From the NCBI GenBank assembly GCA_017654855.1, contig CM030333.1:2232001-2296000 (forward strand): a stretch of 64,000 nt of DNA, in the 5' to 3' direction. Position 1 is the stretch's first letter. Each line of letters begins with the position of its first letter. Made by a program: the position numbers and the translations under genes. Positions 22,945 to 33,314 of this stretch are shown here, one piece after another. The DNA comes from Podospora anserina. Lineage: Eukaryota. Below the pieces are notes generated by a model. The model saw nothing but the letters and a program-made list of their open reading frames with translations. It was not told where the DNA came from and did not search any database.

Positions 22945-23997
22945 GGCGTCAACTGAGATGTTTTGATGGTGGTTTGAAGATCATAAGATGGTAGTACAAT
23001 GATGTAAGTTGATGATCCAAGCTCTACCAGCTGGGCGGCAGTATAACAGTCAAATATGGTCCCTGGGGTCAAAAATGAGGCTGGAAAGCGGGGCTACACC
23101 AGATATACCAGCAGTTGGACAGCAATTTTCAGGTACCAAACTTCGTGTCTCTTGCCCTACCGTGGATCGGGTGTTTTAACTACTCCTATAACCGCCGAGG
23201 GAACAGAACCTGCAGCATGCGTCAGTTGAGATTCAACGACAGCCAATCATTTGCTAACGGGGGACGGGCATTCGTTAGATCAATATTCTTCAGTTAGTCA
23301 ACGCTTTTTCTTTGATTTCTGCCCGTGATAGCCAGTTCGATTGCCTGAACGAAATCCATTGAGGGGATGATTGGGTTGAATAGATGTCGACCTCAATTAA
23401 GCCCATGGCGCTGACGGCCGCGTAGTCAGAGAGGGGCAACCTACGTGGTCGCTACTAACGGTCACCTCCACAGCCTCACGGAGGCGGGGATGCCCTGATG
23501 GGATGCCCTGATGGGATCTTATGAGAGAGCGCTATCATGTTTGCTTTGATCGCAATGAGATAGATGTTCAGTTTCTACTCACCCAAGAAAACGGTGTTGA
23601 GTGTTTTGAGATTTTCAGAAAGAAGATATCTTGGCACGCCAAGAAATGCTGGTTGTGTAATTTCTCGTGTTGCCCAAGGTAGGTACCTACTGAACAGTTC
23701 TCGATCACCTAGAGTTTGGCGCATATGAATTACTTTTGACGCCTGTCAACCAAATACCGTAGGTACGGACGTGTCGGGCTTCGGAATTAAAAGAGGCACG
23801 CGTCTGCACTTACCCACGCTTTCCACTCGAAGGCCTCGCCAAGGCAGCCATGACTGCTACCCCACGCACACCATGCAGGCCATTGTTCCAGGCCGGTGGC
23901 GATAACGCCATCCATTACTTTATCTCTTCAGAACCTCGACCCCAAATCTTCCCTCCTCCAGGCGCACCTCTACCCTAGCCGCCAACTACAACCAAAA

Positions 23998-25658
23998 ATG
24001 CGATTACAACCACTAGCCCTCGCTTTTAGCCTCGCGCTGCCCGTCGATGCCGCTGCTGCTTGGATCGAACCCTCGCACCGGGACCACCAAGCCGGCCGCC
24101 TTCAGCACAGCAACGGCTACCCTATTCTAAGATGGCTGCGTGATACCGCCGTCGAGGCCTTCTTCGGCAAGCAATTGAGAGATGACGACCTCGACACCTA
24201 CGAAATCAACCCGGCTGTTGCCACGAGGCATGAGGGTGGCATCGTAGTTCGGTTCAACGCAACCACCTTGGAGCAGAAGCGCCTCCTCACTGACATAACC
24301 CGGACACTTCAAGCTTTCGACATCTGGTCCATCTCGCACGACTATGTCGACGCAAGAATATATAATGCCAAGATATATCTCAAGAAGATTGTCGACCAAC
24401 TGCCAGATTCGATGAAGAAGCCAGAAATTATGATTTACGATCTGCCCGCCGCCATCTGGGCCACGTACCCCAAGAAGACAACCGGGGGATTCAGCTCGAG
24501 TTCCCTCGATGTACTGACATCCAGGGAAGGAATGGGTAACCTATTCTTCAAGGATTATCAGAGGCTGTCGGTAAGTCTTGGTGTCCGGGCGATCCCCACT
24601 TGATCAATAACACCCACACTCTTCAGGTCGTCACAAGCTGGATGCGGCTGCTGGAAGCCATGTTCCCATCGCTCACAGAGATGACGAGCATTGGGAAGTC
24701 ATTCGAGGGGAGGGATATTCATGCCCTCCGTGTCGGCGCACGCAGCGAAGAGGAAGAAGAGGGTGGTTCGAGGAAAACCATACTTGTCACTGGAGGTCTC
24801 CATGGCCGTGAATGGATATCAACCAGCACGGTTACATATCTGATGTGGTCCATGGTCACCGCCTACGACAAGGACCCAATGGTCACCAAGCTGCTCGATA
24901 AATTCGACATCATCTTCATCCCTATCCTGAACCCCGACGGCTACGAATACACATGGCAGGAAGACCGGCTTTGGCGCAAATCGAGACAGGACACCGGTAC
25001 AAGCTTTTGCTTTGGCATGGATCTTGACCACGCATTTGGCTATGAATGGGCCACGAATAACAAGGCGGGCCCATGCTCAGAGAACTACGGAGGCGATTCC
25101 CCCTTCCATGCCGTGGAAGCGTCGGAGCTGGCAAACTGGGCCAAGAATCAAACAGCTCAACATGGAGTCAAGTTTGTGGGTTTCCTCGACATGCACTCGT
25201 ACTCGCAGCAGATCCTGTTCCCTTACTCTTATACCTGCGCTGCTCAGCCGCCCAACCTCGAAAACTTGATGGAACTTGGTGTTGGACTGGCAAAGGCCAT
25301 ACGGCTGTCGAGCGGGGAGGCATACACAGTGACCTCTGCCTGTGAGAGTGCTACGGCATACCGAGGAAAAGACGACACCCGCGTGGAAGGCGGCGGTGGC
25401 TCGGCTATTGATTGGTTCTACCATGAAATTGGAGCCAAATACAGCTACCAAATCAAGCTCCGCGATACTGGTAGCTACGGCTTTTTGCTACCGGCTGACC
25501 ATATCGTGCCAACAGGCGAAGAAGTGCTCAATGCCCTCAAGTATTTCGGGGACTTTCTCCTCGGCAACAATGGCATTGAGAAGGGGGAGTTTGAGGGAAG
25601 TGGGCATGTCCAGAACCCGCCGGCCGATCAATGGAGTGATCTGAAGAGGCGGAGATAG
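23998..25658 (+). CDS. ECM14: M14 metallocarboxypeptidase-like protein Ecm14 (secreted, with prodomain)
   Basis: Signal peptide MRLQPLALAFSLALPVDA, GLHGREWIS, LNPDGYEYTW, LWRKSRQ, GMDLDHAF, LDMHSYSQQIL and YQIKLRDTGSYGFLLP. Intron at 24571-24626. Confidence 0.9.
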
Positions 25659-26441
25659 AGACTTGACGATTGCACAGGAGCGGCGTTATGGATGGGTATG
25701 GGCATCGGCATCGGCATGGGCATTGGCATTTTGTATCAGTGGTTTTTTAGGTTCCTTTTGGCAAAGCGTCTTGATGTGTATTTGCATAGCAGCTACAGAG
25801 TGATACAGCGATGCATTGGATAACTTTATGCTTTTTGTTCCCCACATCACTTGCGGTCAGTCCACCGATTCTAGATTTAGCTTTTGCGTGTATCGGACAA
25901 GGCGACGGAGTTCTCGACGTTGGGCCCAAAAATAGAAAATTGGGAAAATGAAGCTTTCTCGTGAAGCTGGTCATTGGGTATATTGGATGGAGTCTTGCGA
26001 AATAAGAAGCTGGTAGCGCACGAGGTGGTACCCGCCTGGTTCCATATCTTATCACCGGGGGGTTTGAACAGCTCACCAGGGAGTTGTCTCATCGTCGTGG
26101 GCGTGTCGCATGTTTTTTGGGGGTTTGAATTGGCTGGATTTCTTGCATAAGCCGAGCATACAGCTGAGCCCGAGAATAGAAAAGAGAGAATCATCATGGC
26201 ATCAAAGAGCTATCTCCATATGACTTGCCCTGTGAAGCTTCAAGATAGGGCGAAAATAAGGTCTGGATAGCTTCAGGGGTGTTGCGTGTCTGCCCCGCGA
26301 TCTGCAAATTATCATTTTAGAGCAGGGCAGGGATGGTCTGCAGGTGGCTGATTGGCTGGAGGGGGCTACAGGTGGGGACCAAGCGCTCAGCTTGGAAGGA
26401 GCTGAGCCGGCGTCGGGTTGCGTCGTCTTCCAGAGACCCGC

Positions 26442-26491
26442 CCAGCCCACCGCAGCCCACCGCATCCCACCGCAGCCCACCGAAGCCCACC
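26442..26491. repeat. Five tandem 10-nt units (CAGCCCACCG)
   Basis: cagcccaccg cagcccaccg catcccaccg cagcccaccg aagcccacct. Confidence 0.85.
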
Positions 26492-26971
26492 TCCCACGCT
26501 TTCTCTGGGTCTCCCTTTTGGGGCCTGGCGCCGCTTTTGGTGCGGTCTTGGAAGCCCAGGAAGCCCCCAGACGCTCCCCCCGGGACATGCTGCCCTTGGC
26601 GAAGGAACAACCCAAACACCGTCCTTCTCATCTGCCCCTAGAACTCAACCACTCAGACGTTTTGTTCCCTATTCTCATTCTCACTCAGCTCAATCAATCT
26701 CTCCGCTGACAGAAGCGAAGCCAGCACCTTTCCTTCCTTACTTTCAAGCTCCCACAGCTCTCGTTCACAGCACTTTCTCTACCGCGATTGAATGACGACG
26801 ACGACTGACGGACCCGCCGAATTACGCTTAATTTAACGATACGGATACCCGGTTGCGATTCTCATCACCACCCCAACACCAAGGCTCACGGCAGCGACGT
26901 GGGCCCGGCGACGACTTCTTGCATCACGAATGGGAAAACTATGACGAGCGCACACACGCCTACAACCCACC

Positions 26972-29900
26972 ATGCCGTTTTTACGACGCCGCGGCAATGT
27001 TGGCAGTGAGACGGATATGAGACGGCACTCACTGTTTGACGCCCTGCCCGGTGTTCCCCCGTTGAAGGAGCCGCCCATCCGTGCCGAATCATCGACCTCG
27101 GACTTGCCCGCCGCCCTGACGTCGGTTGCAGAAGATGCTCCCGCACCGCCCTCTCCTGTTCCTCCCTCTCCTGCCTCGCCTATCTCGCCCATGGAGCTGC
27201 CCCGCGATAGCATCTCGGTGGCTTCGACCCACGCCCAGGAACAGCCTCGCGCCTCCGTCTCCCTTGCCCTGCCCGACGACTCCAACAAGCACCGGCGCTT
27301 CTCCATGCTGAGATTCCGTAATGCTTCCGACTCCCAACTAGCAGCCAAGGCGAAATTGCACGCGGCGGCCGAGAAAGCTCCTCCCATGCCCCGCCGTACG
27401 TGCCATTCCGTTGCATTGCGCGAGCGCTCTGCCAGACAAAGTCTCCATTTCAAATTGCTTACACACAATGAGACAGCTCCCGAGATCATCACCACGGCCC
27501 CGACCACCACGTTTGACGGAACCGCCCCTCGAAAGAAGCCATCCCGAATGAACTTTTCAATGCGATTACGCCGCTCTGGAGAGATTTCCAGGACCGAGCT
27601 AGCCGATAATTCGAACGAGAGATTGGGCCTGGGTACAATGGGGGACAGAAGAGTGTCACTTGTTCCAGAGGAAAGCAGCAGTGCCGATAGCAGCGCGAAT
27701 TCGAATGGGAAGCAGAGTGTCACTTTTGACGAACCATCTCGGGCATCCTTTTCTCATGCGCCACCGGCTTATGGGGATGATCATTCATCGACGCTTGCAC
27801 TGCCTGCCACCAGGTTATCAGAATCCTCGAGATCCGATGCCAGCTCAGGGGACAGGGTGTATGGGAGCACCACAGTAACAACTCAAACTATACATACTAC
27901 TACCACCTTTTTCAAGCTGGGGCGGCGGAAGAAACAGACGGACTCTCTTTTCCCCATTGCCCACCTACAGCCCAAGAACAAGTCTTCGATGACGCACAAC
28001 TCCAACCTCTCCAGCTCATCGCTATCCGTACCGAACAGAGTCAGCACGGATAGGTCGACTGCCAGCAAATCATCCCTCAATGGCTCCCAGCTCACGCCGA
28101 CTCCTTCTAGGACACCATCTCGGAGTGGCGGGTCAGTCTCACCCAGCCAAACTGTCACATTATTTGGCAAAGGGAATGCCTCACCAGCAACTGCCCTGTT
28201 TCGGCCGAATTCAAGGCACTCTGGTCACTCTTCACCTACGAGAACTTACATCCACCGGAGGGGCCGTTCGTCGACCATGAGCTCCCTCGGTAACAATACG
28301 CCTAGGGAGTCCGTGGAGGAACATTTGACTCTTCCATCAAGGACATCCATGTCGACCAGCCGCAAGAGCTTTGGTGACCTTCTCGGTCTTAGCAGGTTAC
28401 GACACAATACCGATTCCATATCCTCCCGGCATGGGACCCTTACCCCGGCCACCCCTGCCTCGAGCGCATCCAAGAATAACTCGCTCCAGATATCGCGTGA
28501 GTCCATCATCCTCCCGGAGCGTCGGGATGATGATACTCCCGCCAGATATCTCGAGCGGTTGTTGGAAGTTGTCAGCCGTAGTGTGGTGGCGGCTGCTCTC
28601 TCCAAGAACACCGAGCCCTTTGCACAAGCCGTGCTTCGAAGTTATATGCGTGGATTTATGTTTTTTGGTGACCCAATGGACATGGCTCTGAGAAAACTGC
28701 TGATGGAAGCCGAACTTCCTAAGGAGACGCAGCAGATCGACCGTTTTGTCCAGGCATTTGCCAACCGGTATCACGAGTGCAACCCCGGCATCTACGCTTC
28801 ACCAGACCAGGCCTATTTTATTGCCTTTTCCCTCTTGATCCTACACACCGATGTCTTCAATAAGAACAACAAGCACAAGATGCAGAAAGTGGATTACCTC
28901 AAAAACACTCGAGGAGAGGGCATTTATGAGGAGGTCTTGGAGGTCTTTTACGACAACATCACATATACCCCTTTTATTCACGTCGAGGATGATTTCGACA
29001 TCAACGGAGAGCGGATCGTCCCACACAAGGTGAAGAAGAAGCCGTTCTTGTTGAATGCAGCGCCCGATCCAGCGCGACGGACGATAAAGGAGCCCGTCGA
29101 TCCATACGCTGTTATTCTCGAGGGAAAACTGGATTTGCTACGGCCAAACTTTAGAGATGTGATGCACCTGGAAGACCCGTACAGCTACCTCGGAACGGCA
29201 AAGACGCTGAACATGAAGGAGCTCCAGAAGACCTTCTTCAAGACCGGTGTCTTACAGATCGTTTCGGCAAGATCCCGACCCGATGCCTTCATGACGGAAA
29301 AGACAGCTTCGAATCCGGAGGAGGCCCATCCTGGTATCGTGGATATTAAGGTCACAAAGGTCGGGCTGTTGTGGAGGAAAGATGCCAAAAAGAAGAAGAC
29401 GAGGTCTCCCTGGCAAGAGTGGGGTGCCATCCTCACAGGTGCCCAGCTCTACTTCTTCCGGAACACCACCTGGGTCAAGTCGCTGATGCATCAGCAAAAG
29501 GACCATCTCCGAAAGGGCTGCGATGGGGATCCCTGCATCTTCAAACCGCCCCTTGAGGCCTTCAAGCCCGACGCGCTGATGTCAACAGACGGCGCCGTGG
29601 CTTTGATGGACAAGAGCTATAACAAACACAAGCACGCATTCGTGTATGTCAAGAATGGCGGGCTTGAGGAGGTTTTGCTGGCGGAAGACGAGGATGAGAT
29701 GAATGACTGGCTGGCCAAGCTCAATTATGCTGCTGCGTTTAGGACCTCTGGTGTGCGCATGCGAGGTGTGATAGGAGGGAATATCGATGGTCAGGGGCGC
29801 AGAGCGCTCAGGAGACTGGATGGCGATAATGTGCAGGTGATCCAGACACCGACCGGAGAGGTGACGGTTTCGCGCAGCCGCATTGACCACAAGATGGCAC

Positions 29901-31513
29901 AGGATATTTTGGCCGCGCGGAGGGAGATCATGATGCAGAAGATTACTGATGCTGACGAGAAGCTCAAGGAAGTCGAAAAGACACTTGCCGACCAGCACCG
30001 GAATGCCCGACATCTTTCGCTTCTGACCCCTATTTCGCAAAAGACCCGCGACTCGTTGCTTTTGGCGGGTGCGAGGATTGCTGCGCAGCTGAAGTGGACG
30101 CGGATGGAAATATGGAAACTGAAGTGTCACCGTGATATTCTCTCTTTGGATTTGGAAGAGGAGCGCCAGCTTCTCGATACTCCTGCGGACTCGCAGTTGC
30201 AGGTGCCTATCACTAGGGAAGACTCGAGGGGAAGCAGCCTTGCAGCCCAGAAGAGTCCTCGGTCGCCCGCTCCGCTCTCCCTCACCAGAACCTCAACCGT
30301 CACATCGAAATCTGAAGGCTCATCGCCAGTCACCGAGGTCTTCCGGACGCCGCCGACCAGTGCGACCTCTACGAGCTTCCTTACGCAGGAACGGACATGG
30401 GAGTCGCCGGCCGCGGTTCTTGATCAAAACGATAATCGCAAGGCTTCGGTCTCGACGGCCATCTCAGTCAGCTCTACCCCAGCTACGCCATCTCGAAAGA
30501 GGGCCGAGTCCAGCACGACTGTTGAAAAGCCCAAGTTTGAGGGACCAGGTGAAGATGTGGATGCGGACGAGCGTGACCTGCTTGCCAAGGCTGGACTTTT
30601 GGAAGCCGCTAGCTCGGAGACCAAGTCCTCGACGGCTGGCGATGAGCCGTTTGATACACCCGAGAGGCGTGGCCGCCACTCCAACAGCACCTCGGCCGAT
30701 CGGCTCGAAAAGACGAATATCCGGCGCAGTCTCCAGCGCACCCTTAGAGAGGGCGCCGGTCACCTCTCGCACCACCGCCACCGGAAGGGCAAGGATTCAA
30801 CGTCCAGTGCCACCAATGCCGACGAGGGCAGCCGCGATTCACCGGATAGCTTCCCTCGCAGCACGGGCTCCTTTGTCGTACACGGCAAGAAGGCTTCGGT
30901 GATCAACTTCAACAACGACCTCCAGATCCAAGGTCTGACGGCTGAAGAGCGCATCCGGCAACGAATGCACCGTGGCGACGACGCAGGCAGTGTTCGGACC
31001 GGCCCGAGCGACGGCACGGACTTTCAATCCATCCTCACTGCTCGGTCTGTATCCGAGCGCGAACATCGGGGATCTGCCGCCAGCGCGAGCACGGCCACGG
31101 CCCGAAGTTTCCGGGAGCTGCACAGGAAGTACTCGTCGGCTCAAGCGGCCCACAAGACCATTGGCAGCCTCGCGCTGCCGTCTGATGAGGATAGTGATGC
31201 GGCTATCAGCTTTTCTGACGGTCGGCACACGCCCCTTCCGCCTATTGATGGGGAGGAGGAGGAGAATGCCATTTCGACGAATGCGCTGACGACGGCGTTG
31301 GAGAATGCGGTTGTGGAGGAGGAGGATGATGACGATGATGATCTTCCTACCGCGAGGGAGGAGAGGAACACGGTTTATTTTACTCCGCCGCCGGGCAGTC
31401 CGGTGAAGGAGGAGGATGATGGGGATGGGGAGGGAAATGATGGGGTGGTGCTGCAGAAGGATGGGGGGGAGAGGATGGCGAGTCCACCGCCGTTGCAGTG
31501 TGTTGGTGCTTGA
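26972..31513 (+). CDS. ARF guanine-nucleotide exchange factor with Sec7 and PH domains (Syt1/Sec73-like)
   Basis: Sec7 motifs MDMALRKLLMEAELPKETQQIDRFVQAFA (glutamate finger) and AFSLLILHTDVFNKN. PH domain KVGLLWRKD...WQEWGAILTG...EMNDWLAKLNYAA. In-frame 81-nt intron at 27396-27476. Confidence 0.92.
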   Translation: MPFLRRRGNVGSETDMRRHSLFDALPGVPPLKEPPIRAESSTSDLPAALTSVAEDAPAPPSPVPPSPASPISPMELPRDSISVASTHAQEQPRASVSLALPDDSNKHRRFSMLRFRNASDSQLAAKAKLHAAAEKAPPMPRRTCHSVALRERSARQSLHFKLLTHNETAPEIITTAPTTTFDGTAPRKKPSRMNFSMRLRRSGEISRTELADNSNERLGLGTMGDRRVSLVPEESSSADSSANSNGKQSVTFDEPSRASFSHAPPAYGDDHSSTLALPATRLSESSRSDASSGDRVYGSTTVTTQTIHTTTTFFKLGRRKKQTDSLFPIAHLQPKNKSSMTHNSNLSSSSLSVPNRVSTDRSTASKSSLNGSQLTPTPSRTPSRSGGSVSPSQTVTLFGKGNASPATALFRPNSRHSGHSSPTRTYIHRRGRSSTMSSLGNNTPRESVEEHLTLPSRTSMSTSRKSFGDLLGLSRLRHNTDSISSRHGTLTPATPASSASKNNSLQISRESIILPERRDDDTPARYLERLLEVVSRSVVAAALSKNTEPFAQAVLRSYMRGFMFFGDPMDMALRKLLMEAELPKETQQIDRFVQAFANRYHECNPGIYASPDQAYFIAFSLLILHTDVFNKNNKHKMQKVDYLKNTRGEGIYEEVLEVFYDNITYTPFIHVEDDFDINGERIVPHKVKKKPFLLNAAPDPARRTIKEPVDPYAVILEGKLDLLRPNFRDVMHLEDPYSYLGTAKTLNMKELQKTFFKTGVLQIVSARSRPDAFMTEKTASNPEEAHPGIVDIKVTKVGLLWRKDAKKKKTRSPWQEWGAILTGAQLYFFRNTTWVKSLMHQQKDHLRKGCDGDPCIFKPPLEAFKPDALMSTDGAVALMDKSYNKHKHAFVYVKNGGLEEVLLAEDEDEMNDWLAKLNYAAAFRTSGVRMRGVIGGNIDGQGRRALRRLDGDNVQVIQTPTGEVTVSRSRIDHKMAQDILAARREIMMQKITDADEKLKEVEKTLADQHRNARHLSLLTPISQKTRDSLLLAGARIAAQLKWTRMEIWKLKCHRDILSLDLEEERQLLDTPADSQLQVPITREDSRGSSLAAQKSPRSPAPLSLTRTSTVTSKSEGSSPVTEVFRTPPTSATSTSFLTQERTWESPAAVLDQNDNRKASVSTAISVSSTPATPSRKRAESSTTVEKPKFEGPGEDVDADERDLLAKAGLLEAASSETKSSTAGDEPFDTPERRGRHSNSTSADRLEKTNIRRSLQRTLREGAGHLSHHRHRKGKDSTSSATNADEGSRDSPDSFPRSTGSFVVHGKKASVINFNNDLQIQGLTAEERIRQRMHRGDDAGSVRTGPSDGTDFQSILTARSVSEREHRGSAASASTATARSFRELHRKYSSAQAAHKTIGSLALPSDEDSDAAISFSDGRHTPLPPIDGEEEENAISTNALTTALENAVVEEEDDDDDDLPTAREERNTVYFTPPPGSPVKEEDDGDGEGNDGVVLQKDGGERMASPPPLQCVGA

Positions 31514-33314
31514 GATACCCCTTTTTTTTTTCTTGTGGCTTGATACAAACGGAGAGAATACACCTAGGTACCTACCTGCCTTGTTTACTTATTCGACCTT
31601 ACACAATCTTTCGAACAACCGATCGATCTAGCCTACCTACACCACCGCTCCTTTCAACAGACACTATTTTTCCTTTTTTCTGCTCGGGGGAAAAAAGCAT
31701 TGCCTAGGTACCCTACGATGGCTTCTTTCTGTGGTTTAATATTTTTTTCGTTTCGATACGCTTTTTTTACTTTGAGTATAGCACTTGTATAATGTACAGC
31801 AAACACGGCTTTTTTTCCTTTTCGGTTGTATTTTCATGGCAGGCATGAGGGAAGATGGAGAAGGGCGGGGGGCTCTAAGATAACAAATGATGGCGTGTGT
31901 GTGAGTGAGTGGAAAGAGAGTGTGTGTAAAAAGATTGTTGGGAATGGTTTTCTTTTTGCAGGTTTCTGTCTTGGGGGTTGTGGAGGTTGCCAATGGCTCT
32001 CTTGGTTTTTTTTTTTTTGGGTTGGTGGTGGTGGTGGTGGTGGTGTTTGAGGAGTTTTGGGGGTTTGTGGTTTGGAGGAGCTTGCATTGCTGTCTACCGT
32101 TTACCTAGTTTAACAACATAAAAGAAGCGTTGTTTAGGCGGAGGGGGGGATGAAATAAAAAAATTTATTTGATATGAGTTTTGTACTGTGGTGTTTATTG
32201 GTGGTGATTTGGTGGTGGTTTGTTCTGTATGTTAATATCAGACCGCGGATGAATCCATTGCGATGGACTGTGACGAGTTAGAAAAGAAGATTGTTGCGGG
32301 TTTTGTATATTTTGGTGACGGGCTGATTGTGGTTTAGGGGAATGTGCTCTCTATGGTGGTGTTGTTCAATGTAGGTCAGCAGGCGAGGAGCATTGAAGGT
32401 TCGGGTACTTCGTATACAAGATGGACTTCTTGTGCATAGAGAGTCTGGGCGGGGAGAGATGTATGTTATTGTTGGAGAGTGATGGGAAGGAGTGATATGT
32501 AGAAGATACACAGAGGGCAACAAGTTGATTTCTATATTTCTATTCACGACAGCTATCGCAACACGCCAGGGTTTGTTTACTTGATTACACTTCAGGGGTA
32601 ATCATTCAGGGGCGGCTGCCAAACGAGCATATTTCTATTATCGATTAGATACACGTCGTCAAGGTACTCATCTTTTTCCTATTGCTAGGATTGATAAAAG
32701 GGTCTACATTATCCAAGTTCATGCTCAGCCTGCCCTGAAAAAAAACATCAAGACCACCGTAATATTCTTTGGAATTTATAAGAGGTCACACAACAAACAT
32801 GTTCAACAGTTTCGTCTCGAGTCACAGCAGCCATCGGACAGTAATCATGAAGTGTAAAAATCATCGCTTATTCAATCCCTACCTTACTCCCCAACCTAAC
32901 CTATCCCCATTGCTGTCTAATGTTTTCCACTCCAAGAGCCTCATACAATACATCTTACAACCCCCCTGCCATCCTCACTACCCCCCCCCCTAAAATCATA
33001 GCTCCTCATGCTCGCTCATGTGTGCGTGTGTGTGTGTGTCCTCGAAGCCAAAACTTTGCTCATGATTCCATGTCTTCCTCAAACACATACAACTATCCAT
33101 TCCACTTCATGCCCACCATATCAAAACCCCTCCCCCTTCTCCCAAAATAAACCCCCTTTTCGTCAATTCAATGGCGATACAAAACGCCCAACATATGCAA
33201 ACCCTGATATCACAAACCCCCCCCTTCCCCCCGCCATTTTCAACAAAACCTCTATCAAAAGACATGCATGCCCAACCAAGCCAACTTCGATAACAGCTAC
33301 CCTCCTCCCCCATG

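Noticed and set aside
23679..23690. Palindrome GTAGGTACCTAC (similar ones near 31563 and 31703)
   Set aside because: Arises from abutting TACC/GGTA simple repeats, which are common in this window.
26833..27723. 296-aa minus-strand ORF
   Set aside because: Antisense shadow of the Sec7-GEF coding region.
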